64,000 bases of DNA from the IMG/VR virus record IMGVR_UViG_3300037424_000906, positions 1-64,000 of that record; one strand, given 5' to 3'. The notes under the pieces were generated by a model that had not been told where the DNA came from, searched no databases, and worked only from the letters and a program-made list of their open reading frames with translations. Below, one piece after another: positions 52,993 through 63,800 of this stretch. Positions within the stretch are counted from its first letter, which is position 1, and each line of letters starts with the position of its first letter. The position numbers and the translations under genes are program-made. The stretch is from a virus.

Positions 52993-55556
52993 ACGCCATG
53001 CAGGCGCCGATGACGGGCGCGATGATCGCCCTCGCCCCCAGCATCCAGGACGCAGCCCGGCTCGCTGTTGACGGCGGCGAATGCCCGACCCAACTGCACA
53101 CCACCCTCGTCTACCTCGGCGAAGCGGCCGACATCCCGGATGAGGCGCGCGCGCAGATCCTCGACGCGGTCCAGGCGTACGCCGAAGGCCGGGCACCTAT
53201 CGAAGCTGACGGCTTCGCCCTGTCCGTGTTCAACCCCGGCGACGCGACCGACCGCGAAACGTGCATCGCCCTTGGCCTGTCCGGTGCCGGGCTCGACCCC
53301 GCGCATGACGCCATCCTTGCCGCAGTCACCGATGTTGCCGGGCTGGACCTGCCGCCGCAGCACGCGCCCTGGACACCGCACACAACCTTGATCCACACCG
53401 ACGACGTTGCCCAGGTTGCTGCGCTCACCGACAGGGTTGGGCCTGTCACCTTCGACCGGATCCGGGTTGCGTTCGCCGACGATGTCGTTGACGTGCTGCT
53501 GGGCAAGGTCGTTGACGAGCCTGACGACACGAACCGCACGGAGGCACCCGCAGGCGGCACACCGACGAACGCGGACGTGACGGCACCGCGCGCCGAGTAC
53601 AACCCCGGCCAGCCCCGCGACCACCGCGGCTGGTGGACCGACGGCATGCCCGAGGTAATCGCCTCCGACACGGTGAAACTCCTCGGCGGCGACATCACCG
53701 TCCAGGGTGTGGCCCGCGACGACGAAGACCACGGCTGGATCCGCATCTCCGACGGCACCTACACCGCGAACGTCGGCGGCTCGTACGCCACCGCACTCGA
53801 CCTCCGGATGACCGACCTGCGCGAAGAGATGGACGTTGGGGAAACCCAGCGGGTCATCCAGGGCGAACGTCAGGAAGACGGCTCATACCTGTCGGTGCCG
53901 CTGTACGCGGTGACGAAAACCGGCCGCGCCCGATACGAACTGAAGATCGCCAACCCCGACGACACCCTCGAAAGCCTCACCGAACGCCGTGGTGTGGAAA
54001 TGACGTACAAGCAGTTCCAGGACGTCGTCGACTCCGCGCAGATGATGTCAGCCGCTCGCCGTGTGAGCACCGACGGTGGCCCCGTCGACTTCTACCCGGA
54101 CGGTGACAGCCGTGTGGGTGTGCGGGTCAAGGACGTCCACGGCGATGTCCGCGAAATGTCGTTCAGCGACAAAGAGTGGGCGAAGATCTCCCACTCCATC
54201 GACGTTGTGCGGGTAGGTCAGGACGAGACCGAGCAAGCCCCGGACGATGCCCCGGACGACTGGGATTTCACCCCCGTCTCCGAGGTCCAGATCCCCACCA
54301 GCGTGGGCATGCTCGTTGTTGTCCACGCCGATGATCGGCTGACGATCGCGCCGTTGAGCGGCGACGACTGGCACATCACCTGGCCTGCGGACCGCCAGCA
54401 CCCGATCTGGGAAGCGCTCGACGACGTCGAGACCACCGTCGGCGTCGACAAGCATGCCACCAACACGGCCCGGCTGTTGCCGATCCGTGCTTTCACCATG
54501 CCCTCGGGCGCAGACAGGACAGACATGGGCAGGGCAACTCGTGCCCGTGAAGCACGGATGCGTGCGCGGGCCGACCAGCAGACGTGGTACCGGATCGAGA
54601 ACAAGACCAGCCCGGACACGGCGGAGGTCTACCTGTACTCGGAGATCGGGATGTGGGGTGTCTCCGCCGACATGTTCGCGCGGGAGATGTCCGAGGTCAA
54701 AGCCAAAACCATCAACCTGCACATCAACTCCCCAGGTGGGGAGGTCTTCGACGGCGTCGCGATCTACAACACGCTGAAGAACCACCCCGCCCGCATCGAA
54801 GTGAGCATCGACGGCCTTGCCGCGAGCGCGGCCAGTTTCATTGCCTGCGCCGGGGACCGGATCGTCATCATGCGACACGCGCAGATGATGATCCACGACG
54901 CTGCCGGGTTCTGCATGGGCAACGGCAAAGACATGTCGTCCATGGCTGACCTGCTCGAATCGCTGTCCGACACCATCGCCGACATCTACATGCAGCGCGC
55001 CGGCGGCAACATCGCCATGTGGCGTGAGCGCATGCGGGCTGAAACCTGGCTCAACGCCCAGGAAGCCCTAGCGCTGAAGCTCGTCGACGAGGTTGCCGGA
55101 AACCCGCTGGAGCCGGACGCGAAACCGAAGTCGGAATGGGACCTCACCGTGTTCGCGTACGCGGGCCGTGAGCACGCGCCCGCACCGGTGCTGGTTCCGG
55201 TCGCGATGGCCGATGGGCCGACCGACTCCGCGCCCGAGGCCACCGACACCCCCGCCGCCGAAGCTGTTGCCGACGAGATGCCCGTAGATGCCCAGGTCGA
55301 AGCGGTCACCGAACAGGCCGGTCAGCCTGCGGACGGTGAAGCAACGGCCGAAGTCGAAACCGGCGCATCCGCCGTCGAGCCGCTCGCTACCGCGCCGACC
55401 CCCGAACCCGTGATCGCGCAGGCATCCGCCTGGGCGACGCCCGCATGGCTCGACACCCCCGCCGACCCGTGGCAAAGCCTCGTCGCCGGACTCACCAACA
55501 CCGAGCCGTCCACAGCGGACGACCAGCTCGCATCTGCCCAGGAGGCAAACAAGTGA
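52989..55556 (+). CDS. 2H phosphoesterase, unknown domain and ClpP-type head maturation protease fusion
   Basis: Two HTTL motifs; INSPGGEVFDG, GLAASAAS, MMIHD, ETWLNAQEA; acidic scaffold-like tail. Confidence 0.85.
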   Translation: MNAMQAPMTGAMIALAPSIQDAARLAVDGGECPTQLHTTLVYLGEAADIPDEARAQILDAVQAYAEGRAPIEADGFALSVFNPGDATDRETCIALGLSGAGLDPAHDAILAAVTDVAGLDLPPQHAPWTPHTTLIHTDDVAQVAALTDRVGPVTFDRIRVAFADDVVDVLLGKVVDEPDDTNRTEAPAGGTPTNADVTAPRAEYNPGQPRDHRGWWTDGMPEVIASDTVKLLGGDITVQGVARDDEDHGWIRISDGTYTANVGGSYATALDLRMTDLREEMDVGETQRVIQGERQEDGSYLSVPLYAVTKTGRARYELKIANPDDTLESLTERRGVEMTYKQFQDVVDSAQMMSAARRVSTDGGPVDFYPDGDSRVGVRVKDVHGDVREMSFSDKEWAKISHSIDVVRVGQDETEQAPDDAPDDWDFTPVSEVQIPTSVGMLVVVHADDRLTIAPLSGDDWHITWPADRQHPIWEALDDVETTVGVDKHATNTARLLPIRAFTMPSGADRTDMGRATRAREARMRARADQQTWYRIENKTSPDTAEVYLYSEIGMWGVSADMFAREMSEVKAKTINLHINSPGGEVFDGVAIYNTLKNHPARIEVSIDGLAASAASFIACAGDRIVIMRHAQMMIHDAAGFCMGNGKDMSSMADLLESLSDTIADIYMQRAGGNIAMWRERMRAETWLNAQEALALKLVDEVAGNPLEPDAKPKSEWDLTVFAYAGREHAPAPVLVPVAMADGPTDSAPEATDTPAAEAVADEMPVDAQVEAVTEQAGQPADGEATAEVETGASAVEPLATAPTPEPVIAQASAWATPAWLDTPADPWQSLVAGLTNTEPSTADDQLASAQEANK

Positions 55557-57007
55557 AGGGCAACATCGCAATCAGCCCCGGGCAGCGGCACAAGCTGGCC
55601 TGCCTCGGCATCAGCCGCCGCCGCCTCGGCCGGGTCTACAACCGGGCGCTGTCGGTCCCGAGGAACTCGGCAGAGCTCGCCGAGATGATCGCCGACACGG
55701 ACCGGGCGAAGGAAATCTTTGCTTCGCCTGAGTCCGCGACCGCGTTCATCACCGACTATGCCGCCGCGCAGCAGGCGCCGCCCACCGACCTCAGCCGGCA
55801 GATCACCGAGGAAGCTCAGCGGGTCGTCGCGCAGATGCTGCGCGACAACGACCAGAAGGACGACAAGGACAGCATCAAGCGGCTGAACCTTGACCCGCAG
55901 CACCGTCCGACCGGCATGTCCAACTCGCACAGGCAGGCGACTCGGTACAACCCGCGCGCGGCCGGTGCACCGCTGGACAACATCTTCGGCTCGTTCGAGG
56001 ACTACGTGCGGGCCACCTGGCACCGGAACAAGTCCGCCGACGCCGTGGAGAAGATCGCGCAGATCCGTAACGCAACCAGCTCCGTCGTCCCGTCCGAGGG
56101 CGGTTTCCTGGTGCCGGAGGTGTTCCGCAGTCAGCTGCTGCAGCTGTCGCTGGAGACGTCGGTGGTCCGGCCCCGGGCAACGGTCGTGCCGATGGAAGCA
56201 CCCCGCGTCCCGTTCCCGATGATCGACTCCACGACGAATGCGGGTTCCGTGTTCGGCGGCATGATCGCCTACTGGGGCGAGGAGTCCGCGGCATTCACCG
56301 AGTCCAGCCCCCGGTTCGGTCGCGCCGTCCTCGACGCCAAGAAGCTGACCGGGTTCGCGTTGGTGCCCAACGAGCTGCTCCAGGACTCGTTCACGTCGTT
56401 CACGGCGCTACTCGAAGGCCTGTGGCCGAAGGCGCTCGCCTTCTTCGAGGACCTCGCGTACATGACCGGCACCGGTGTCGGCGAACCCCTCGGGTTCATC
56501 GGCGCGGGCAACGCCGCGTCCATCGCGATCACGAAGGAAGCGGGCCAGACCGCCAACACGATCAACACCGAGAACGTCATCAACATGTACTCGCGGATGT
56601 TCCCGGCCAGCCTGAACCAGGCCGTGTGGTACGCGTCGCCGGAAACCCTCGTCCAGCTGTACACCCTGTCCGTCAACGTCGGCACCGGCGGCGCACCCGT
56701 GATGCTGCTGAACATTGCCGGCCCGGGTCCGATGACGATCCTCGGCCGTCCGCTCGTCATCACCGAGAAGGCGTCCCAGCTGGGTACCCGTGGTGACCTC
56801 GTGTTCGCGGATCTCAACTATTACCTCATCGGCGACCGCCAGATGATGTCCATGGATCAGTCGACGGACTATCGGTTCGCGAACGACCAGACGGCGTACA
56901 GGATCTTGCAGCGCGTCGATGGCCGGCCCTGGCTCCAGTCCGCCATCACTCCGGCCAACAGCGGTGACACCTTGTCCGCTTTTGTCGAGATTGAGACCCG
57001 TTCGTGA
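55553..57007 (+). CDS. Major capsid protein (HK97 fold)
   Basis: EGGFLVPE, KKLTG...NELLQDS, GTGVGEPLG, ILGRP, RVDGRP. Confidence 0.92.
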   Translation: MKGNIAISPGQRHKLACLGISRRRLGRVYNRALSVPRNSAELAEMIADTDRAKEIFASPESATAFITDYAAAQQAPPTDLSRQITEEAQRVVAQMLRDNDQKDDKDSIKRLNLDPQHRPTGMSNSHRQATRYNPRAAGAPLDNIFGSFEDYVRATWHRNKSADAVEKIAQIRNATSSVVPSEGGFLVPEVFRSQLLQLSLETSVVRPRATVVPMEAPRVPFPMIDSTTNAGSVFGGMIAYWGEESAAFTESSPRFGRAVLDAKKLTGFALVPNELLQDSFTSFTALLEGLWPKALAFFEDLAYMTGTGVGEPLGFIGAGNAASIAITKEAGQTANTINTENVINMYSRMFPASLNQAVWYASPETLVQLYTLSVNVGTGGAPVMLLNIAGPGPMTILGRPLVITEKASQLGTRGDLVFADLNYYLIGDRQMMSMDQSTDYRFANDQTAYRILQRVDGRPWLQSAITPANSGDTLSAFVEIETRS

Positions 57008-57835
57008 TCACGGCGAAGGTTCTCTGCACGCAGGTCGTCACCTCCGGCGAAGGCGACAGCCGTCAGGCCGGGCTCACGTTCTCGCCCGACTACGCCGACG
57101 GCCGCAACAAGGACTGGTCCCTCGCCACCCCGCACCTGTCGCTGTCCATGACCGTGCGCGGCACCGTCGCGGACAAGTTCAGCAGCGGCAGGGCGTACGA
57201 GCTCCAGTTCGTCGAGGCCACCGACTAGCCAACCTGGCGGGCTGCCGCAATCAATCCCGGCAGCCCGCCACCACCCGGGTCGGCAGTGTCGCCCCGAACC
57301 GGACACATGAGACGAAAGAAGGAAAACCATGGCACAGAACGGCCTGGGCGCGGCGTTCAACGTCGGCTCGGTCACGATCCCCACCGACGCGGTTGCCGGT
57401 GCGATCACCGGCGCCCGGATTTCGATGAAGGATGCCGCCTGCTGCTCCTTCGTCGTCGTGACGACGGGCGCCAGCACCGACATCACCGACGTGGATCTGC
57501 AGGAACACACCGCATCGACGGGTGGCACCTCGCAGGACCTGGACGTCGTCGCCACCTACTACTACAAGTCGGAGACGACTCTCGACGGTGACGAGGCCTG
57601 GACGAAGGGCACGCAGACCGCCGCGTCGGAGATCACGAACGTGGGTGCGGCATCCGAGGAGCTGCTCCTCGTGGTCGAGGTTCGGGGAGAGCAGTTGTCC
57701 GCCGGCTATGACTACGTGTCTCTCAACGTGCCCGACCTGGGCACGAACGGTACCCGACACGTCGCGATCGTGCCGGTCCTGACTGGGCTGAAGGTGCAGC
57801 GCGCACCCGAGGCTCTGGCCGCCCCCCTGTCCTGA
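57004..57835 (+). other. Two small genes after the capsid (57004-57228, 57329-57835); the second is possibly a head decoration protein
   Basis: Position and RBS. Confidence 0.55.
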
Positions 57836-57907
57836 CGTAACGGCCGCCCGGCCGACGTGCCGGGCGGTCTCCAACAAGGGTCTTAAACCCCGAAACGGAG
57901 ACACCAC

Positions 57908-60130
57908 ATGGCTTCCACGCAGGGCAAGTTCTCGCCCCTGTTCTCCCGCAAAACCGCAGGCGGACCGTTCACGATCGCCGGTATCGACCAGGTCCCCGGA
58001 GACGTGTTCTTCGTCGACTCCGCCGCAACGTCCGCATCGGACGCGGCAACGGCCGGTATCAGCCCCGACCTGCCGTTCGCGACGCTGGCGTATGCGTTCT
58101 CGTCCGACCGGGTCACGTCTGGTGACGTCGTCTATGTGATGCCCGGCCATGCGGAGGACGTCGTTGCCGCCGGGTCGATCACGATGGACATCGCCGGGGT
58201 ACGGGTCGTCGGCCTAGGCCGAGGCACGTCACGGCCGACGTTCACTTTCAAGACCGCGACGACGGCAACGTGGCTGATGTCGGCTGCGAACGTGGCCGTC
58301 GAGAATGTGCTGATCACGACCAGTGGTGTCATCAACATCGCGTCGGCGATCACCGTCACCGGCGCGGACTGCTCACTGACCAATGTTGAGATCCGTGACA
58401 GTGCAGCCGATTCCCAGTTCGACGACACGATCATCATCGGGACCGGCGGTGCCCGCTGCCGTGTCATCCGGCCGATCATCCGATCGCATGCGTCCGGTGA
58501 CGCTGCCCAGTCGGGAATCCTCATCTCCGCCGCCGTCGACGGGGTCGAGATCGACGACCCGAACATCGACGGCCTGTACGCGACCGGGAACATCGAATCG
58601 ACCGCCGCAGCCACGAACACGATCATCCGCCGCCCGATCCTGCGGCAGCGGCACGCCACCCAGGACGCGGTAATCAACCTGCACGCATCCAACACCGGGT
58701 TTGTCGACGCCGCCCGCATCCGCACCGCGACGAACGACACCGCCGGATTCACCGGCGCATACGTCGGCGCTGCGATGCAGTTCTACGACATGCTCGTCGT
58801 CAACGCCGCCGGTACTGCCGGCTCCTCGCCGGGTACCTTCGCGGTCCCCGACGTGGCCGACGTGCCCGGCAGTGTCTACTTCGTCTCCTCGACCGCGACT
58901 GGTGCCGCAGACTCGGCGGCGAACGGCACAACGAAAGAGCTGCCGTTCGCGACCCTCTCCTACGCGTTCTCCTCCGACCGGGTCACCTCGGGCGACACCG
59001 TGTATGTGATGCCCAGCCACGCGGAGACCGTCAACGCGGCCGGTGACATCACCATGGACATCGCCGGAGTGACCGTCATCGGCCTCGGCAGCGGCTCCAG
59101 CCGGCCGACGTTCACGTACGCGACTGACACCGCATCGACGTGGCTGATCAGCGCCGCGAACGTCACGGTCAAGAACGTTCTGATCACCGCGACCGGGACG
59201 ATCGACGTCGTCAACGCGATTGCGGTGACCGGCGCCGACTGCCTCCTCGAAGACGTTGAGGTCCGCGAACCGGCTTCGACGACACAGTTCGTGGACCCGC
59301 TGATCATCAGCACTGGTGCCGCCCGCTGCAGGGTAGTCCGCTACATCTGCCGCTCGCACGCTTCGGGTGACGCGATCCAGTCCGGAATCCTCATCTCCGC
59401 CGTTGTGGACGGTGTTGAGATCGACGACGCCCAGATCGACGGCCTCATGGCCACGGGCTGCATCGAGTCCACCGCCGCCGCGACGAACACGAAGATCCGA
59501 CGCAGCGAGCTGCGGCAGCGCCACGCGACGCAGGCCGCAGCAGTCAACCTCCACGCGTCCAACACCGGCATCGTGTCTCGCGCCGTGGCGTATGTGACGC
59601 TGTCGACGGCGCCCGGATTCAACGGCGCCTACGTCGGAACGTCGGCGGTGTTCGACCAGTGCCGGGCTGTCAACACGGCTGGGTCGAGCACATCCGAGCC
59701 GCTGCCGGCACTGGGCCGGCGGGTCGCGAAAGCGACCGGCACGCTCGCCGCGACCACGGTAGCCCTGTTCACCGTTGCCGGAGGCCGGGTCGGTATCACC
59801 GCCATCTACGGCATCGTCGACACCGCAATCACGGTGGCGAACAGCTACAAGCTGGTCAGCAACCCGACCACGGGCACCACCATGGATCTGTGCACGGCCA
59901 CTGACCTCGGCACCAACGACACCCCGGCTGGTGCGGTGCTGTCTATGGCGTCACCGGCGGCGGCGATCACTGGCGGCTCGAATACCACCGTGTCCACGAT
60001 CTCCCTGGCTGGGATCGTGCCCATTCCGGTGGGTCAGATCGAGTCCGTGTCGGCTGGTACCGACGGCGAGATCACTTGGGTCGTGTACTGGGTTCCGTTG
60101 GACTCGGGCGCAACGCTGGTGGCCGCCTGA
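57908..60130 (+). CDS. Virion protein with two tandem right-handed beta-helix (pectin-lyase-like) domains
   Basis: Duplicated LPFATLxYAFSSDRVTSGDxVYVMPxHAE about 291 aa apart. Confidence 0.75.
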   Translation: MASTQGKFSPLFSRKTAGGPFTIAGIDQVPGDVFFVDSAATSASDAATAGISPDLPFATLAYAFSSDRVTSGDVVYVMPGHAEDVVAAGSITMDIAGVRVVGLGRGTSRPTFTFKTATTATWLMSAANVAVENVLITTSGVINIASAITVTGADCSLTNVEIRDSAADSQFDDTIIIGTGGARCRVIRPIIRSHASGDAAQSGILISAAVDGVEIDDPNIDGLYATGNIESTAAATNTIIRRPILRQRHATQDAVINLHASNTGFVDAARIRTATNDTAGFTGAYVGAAMQFYDMLVVNAAGTAGSSPGTFAVPDVADVPGSVYFVSSTATGAADSAANGTTKELPFATLSYAFSSDRVTSGDTVYVMPSHAETVNAAGDITMDIAGVTVIGLGSGSSRPTFTYATDTASTWLISAANVTVKNVLITATGTIDVVNAIAVTGADCLLEDVEVREPASTTQFVDPLIISTGAARCRVVRYICRSHASGDAIQSGILISAVVDGVEIDDAQIDGLMATGCIESTAAATNTKIRRSELRQRHATQAAAVNLHASNTGIVSRAVAYVTLSTAPGFNGAYVGTSAVFDQCRAVNTAGSSTSEPLPALGRRVAKATGTLAATTVALFTVAGGRVGITAIYGIVDTAITVANSYKLVSNPTTGTTMDLCTATDLGTNDTPAGAVLSMASPAAAITGGSNTTVSTISLAGIVPIPVGQIESVSAGTDGEITWVVYWVPLDSGATLVAA

Positions 60131-60221
60131 TGGCTGACGTCGCCGACCGGATGGGGAAGGTCCCGGCTCACGCCGGGGCCCGCCCCGCCCCCGGCATGTC
60201 CGGACGTGCGGCGGTGCGGCC

Positions 60222-60599
60222 ATGACCGTGATGAGGCAGACGCCACCGGTGACGGTGTACGCATCCGCCGCACGCACCGCCACCCCCACCGCCGTCACAG
60301 TCGGGTGCGGACCCAACCGGGGTTTGCACCTGGTCATCGACGTCACCGCGATCACCGCATCACCGTCGGTGGTCCCGACGATCGACGGCTACGACCCGCT
60401 GTCCGGCATTTACTACAACCTGCTCACCGGCTCGGCGATCACCGGAACCGGAACAACAATTCTCAAGATTTACCCCGGTATCGCCACCGTCGCGAACGGC
60501 GCCGCAAGTGACGTCGTTCCGGAAACGATCCGCATCACCATGACCCACGCAGATGCGGATTCGATCAGCTACTCCGTCGCAGCCCACCTGGTCGGCTGA
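60222..60599 (+). CDS. Small beta-rich virion-associated protein
   Basis: Position; Thr/Val/Ile-rich. Confidence 0.55.
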   Translation: MTVMRQTPPVTVYASAARTATPTAVTVGCGPNRGLHLVIDVTAITASPSVVPTIDGYDPLSGIYYNLLTGSAITGTGTTILKIYPGIATVANGAASDVVPETIRITMTHADADSISYSVAAHLVG

Positions 60600-60600
60600 C

Positions 60601-61446
60601 ATGACCGACTACTTCCACACATTGGACCGGGGCAGCGACACGCAGGTCTTCACCGCGACGGACACATGGACGAAACCGTCCGGGGCCCGGATCGTCGAAG
60701 TCCTCCTCATCGCCGGCGGTGGTGGCGGGGCCAGTGGTCGACGTGGCGCTGCCGGAACCGTCCGATGCGGCGGTGGTGGCGGCAACGGCGGGTCGGTGAC
60801 CGCATACCGGTTCCTGGCATCAGCTCTGACCGCAACGGTCGCGGTCACGATCGGCACCGGTGGTGCCGGTGGTGCCGCGCGTACGTCGGACGACACCAGC
60901 GGTGCCGCAGGCGGTTCGGGTGTCGCCACAACGTTCGGTGCTTTCGCCCGGGCGGCCGGAACATTAACGGCTGCGGTTGGCGGCACGGCCTCGGTTGGCA
61001 CCGGTGGTGTCGCCGGATCCGGATCAACGGCGGGCACCCCCGGTGGGGCCGCGTCCACGTCCGGCGGTGCCGGTGGCACCGGGGCCAGCATTTCCGCTGC
61101 GATAACCGGCGCCGGTGGTGGCCCTGGCGGTGGCATCACCTCTGGTGACAGTGCGAGTGCCGGCGGGACTGGCGGCTCGAACTACGTCGGCACTGGCGGC
61201 GGCACCGGCGGTGTCGTCGACACCACCGTGCCGACTGTTGGCACGGCTGCTACCGCCGGTCAGGCATTGGGTGGTTGTGGTGCGGGTGGTGGTGCCGGGT
61301 CGATCACGACCGTGGCGCAGTCCGGGGTTGCCGGCGGCCTGTACGGCGGCGGTGGCGGTGGCGGTGGTGCGTCTTTGAACGGCAACAACTCCGGTGCCGG
61401 TGGTGCTGGTGCTGACGGCGTCGCTCTGATCGTCACCTACTTCTGA
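60601..61446 (+). CDS. Glycine-rich domain protein
   Basis: TWTKPSGA..VEVLLIAGGGGG ... GGAGADGVALIVTY. Confidence 0.75.
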   Translation: MTDYFHTLDRGSDTQVFTATDTWTKPSGARIVEVLLIAGGGGGASGRRGAAGTVRCGGGGGNGGSVTAYRFLASALTATVAVTIGTGGAGGAARTSDDTSGAAGGSGVATTFGAFARAAGTLTAAVGGTASVGTGGVAGSGSTAGTPGGAASTSGGAGGTGASISAAITGAGGGPGGGITSGDSASAGGTGGSNYVGTGGGTGGVVDTTVPTVGTAATAGQALGGCGAGGGAGSITTVAQSGVAGGLYGGGGGGGGASLNGNNSGAGGAGADGVALIVTYF

Positions 61447-61457
61447 GGAGGGTTCGT

Positions 61458-62334
61458 ATGGCTTTGCTGATCTGCGTGAAGTGCACGACCGCGTACACGG
61501 TCGGCGCGCCCGCGTGCCCGCACTGCGGGGGCAAAAAGGCGGTGGAGCAGGGCAGCAAGGGTGATCCGACGCTGACCGTGCCCGTCGTGGAAGCACCCGT
61601 CCAGCCCGTGACGGAGGTGTGACGTGAGCCCGAAAATCACGCTGCACGGTGGGCCGTCCCACGAAGGCGACCCGCCGCGGCCATCACGTCGATCGTTCGG
61701 TGCCGCGCTTGCTGCCGCCCGGGCAGGGCAGGACGCTCCGCCCGCCGACGCTCCCGCATTGCTGCCGCCGCAGGCCGAGCCGGTCACGGTGAAGTTCGAC
61801 CTCACGAACACCGACGAACGGCTCGCCGCACTGATTCGCAGGGTCGTCCGGGTCGACAGCGGCACCGTGGGTGACTCTAGCGACGCCGCGAAGGTCGACG
61901 GCGGCACCGTAACCGGCCCGGTTGTCATCACCCAGGACGACCCGGCCGAGGTGTACGCGACCGGCGGAGTCCTGACCCACACGTACATCGTCGGCGAGCA
62001 GGGTCCCGAGCCGATCGGTGCCGCCGACCTGGAACGCCTCGACCAGTGGCTCACCGGGCCAGACGAGCCGATGGGCGGCGTTGAGGCCCCCGCCGACAGC
62101 ACCATGCACGAACCCGCCACCGAGGTAGAGGGAGGCGAACAGCCATCTCCTGGTACCAGCTCCTCGACATCCTCCGCGAAGCGCAAGACGACTACCGCGC
62201 CCAAGAAAGCGCCCCGCCAGTCGCGTGTTCGTACGACGGCGAACCCCTCGAAGCCGGACCTCGAGGTGGTCTCCACTGCCGATTCTGCGGACGCACCGCC
62301 GACGACCTCCGTTATTGACCCGACCGACGCCTGA
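61458..62334 (+). other. Small Zn-ribbon ORF (61458-61622) and low-complexity protein (61624-62334)
   Basis: CVKC/CPHC; RBS GAGGAG and GGAGG. Confidence 0.55.
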
Positions 62335-62349
62335 AAGGAGGTGTGACCG

Positions 62350-63411
62350 ATGGCAATCTCAACGCCTGTCTACGTGACCAGGGAAGAAGTCAAGGCAGCC
62401 CTTGACATCAAGGAAACCGCCCGCAGCAACGGGCAGGTTGATCGTGCCATCGAGTCCGCCTCCCGCAGCATCGAAGGGTTCCTGCACCGCAAGTTTTATC
62501 CCCAGGTCGCGACCCGCTACAAAGACTGGCCCAACAACCAGTACGCCCGCCCGTGGCGGCTGTGGCTCGACGCCGACGAACTGATCAGCATCACCACGCT
62601 CACCTCCGGCGGCGACACCATCGTCGCCGCCGACTACTTCCTCGAACCGGCCAACACCGGCCCGCCGTACACCCACATCGAAATCGACCTTGACGGCACC
62701 GCCTCATGGGGTGGCGGCGACACCCACCAACGCAGCATCGCCATCACCGGCGTGTTCGGACACAGCGCCGACGAAGCCCCGGCTGGGGCGCTTGCCGAAG
62801 CGTTGGACACCACCGAAACCGCTGTGGACGTCACCGACTCGGCGCTGATCGGCGTCGGCCAGATCATCAAGGTCGACTCGGAACGGATGCTCGTCACCGG
62901 CAAAACCATGATGGACACCGCCGTCAACATCGACGCCGCAGACAGCCTCACCGCATCCAACGCCGACGTGTCCATCACCCTGTCCACCCTCACGAACGCA
63001 CCCGTCGTCGACGAGATCATCCTCATCGACTCCGAACGCATGCTCGTCGTCGACATCGCCGGATCGGTCCTGACAGTGAAACGGGCATGGGACGGATCCG
63101 TCCTCGCCATCCACGCGGCCAACGCCGACATCTACGCCCCGCGCCGGCTCACCGTCACCCGTGGCGCACTGGGCACCACGGCGGCTACGCACGCCGACAC
63201 GACCGCGGTCGTCAAGCACGTCCCGCCGGCCCTGGTGTCGGAACTGTGCCTGGCCGAGACGCTCAACACCCTGATCCAGCGCACATCCGGATACGCGCGC
63301 ACCACCGGGTCCGGGGAGAACGAACGCGAAACGTCGGGCCGTGGGCTGAGGCAGATCCGTCAGGACGCGTGGATCGCGTACGGGCGCAAAGCTCGGATGC
63401 GATCGATATGA
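62350..63411 (+). CDS. Head-tail adaptor (gp6/gp15-like) with inserted beta domains
   Basis: YVTREEVKAAL..AIESASRSIEGFLHRKF..VPPALVSELCL. Confidence 0.7.
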   Translation: MAISTPVYVTREEVKAALDIKETARSNGQVDRAIESASRSIEGFLHRKFYPQVATRYKDWPNNQYARPWRLWLDADELISITTLTSGGDTIVAADYFLEPANTGPPYTHIEIDLDGTASWGGGDTHQRSIAITGVFGHSADEAPAGALAEALDTTETAVDVTDSALIGVGQIIKVDSERMLVTGKTMMDTAVNIDAADSLTASNADVSITLSTLTNAPVVDEIILIDSERMLVVDIAGSVLTVKRAWDGSVLAIHAANADIYAPRRLTVTRGALGTTAATHADTTAVVKHVPPALVSELCLAETLNTLIQRTSGYARTTGSGENERETSGRGLRQIRQDAWIAYGRKARMRSI

Positions 63412-63800
63412 CCACGTACACGGTCAACGTCAACGTGTCCGGGCCCATCTTCGACGGCCGCGCCCAGGCCGCCATCGACGACACCCTCGCGGAAACGGTG
63501 TGGGAGTTGGCGAAGGAAGGCCGGGGCATGCTCGGCGTCCGCTTCGTCCGCGACTTCAAAGAGCCGACCGGCTACTACGAATCCCGGGTTGAGGCGCAGA
63601 AGGTCACCCGCGAGCTGGCCCGCATCCACGACAACGGTGTGGTCTACGGGCCGTGGCTGGAAGGGACCGGATCCCGCAACTACCCGGTCACCCGGTTCAA
63701 GGGCTACGGGATCTTCCGTGAGGTCACGCAGGAACTGCAGCGCAAAGCGCCCGAGGTGTGCACGCGGATCCTCGCCCGGCATATCGGGGAGATGGGCTGA
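63408..63800 (+). CDS. Head-tail/neck protein (HK97 gp10-like)
   Basis: PTGYY, VYGPWLEGTG motifs; position. Confidence 0.6.
   Translation: MTTYTVNVNVSGPIFDGRAQAAIDDTLAETVWELAKEGRGMLGVRFVRDFKEPTGYYESRVEAQKVTRELARIHDNGVVYGPWLEGTGSRNYPVTRFKGYGIFREVTQELQRKAPEVCTRILARHIGEMG

Noticed and set aside
60700-61420. GGC/GGT-rich repeats as a second guide array
   Set aside because: Period 3, encoding a glycine-rich protein.
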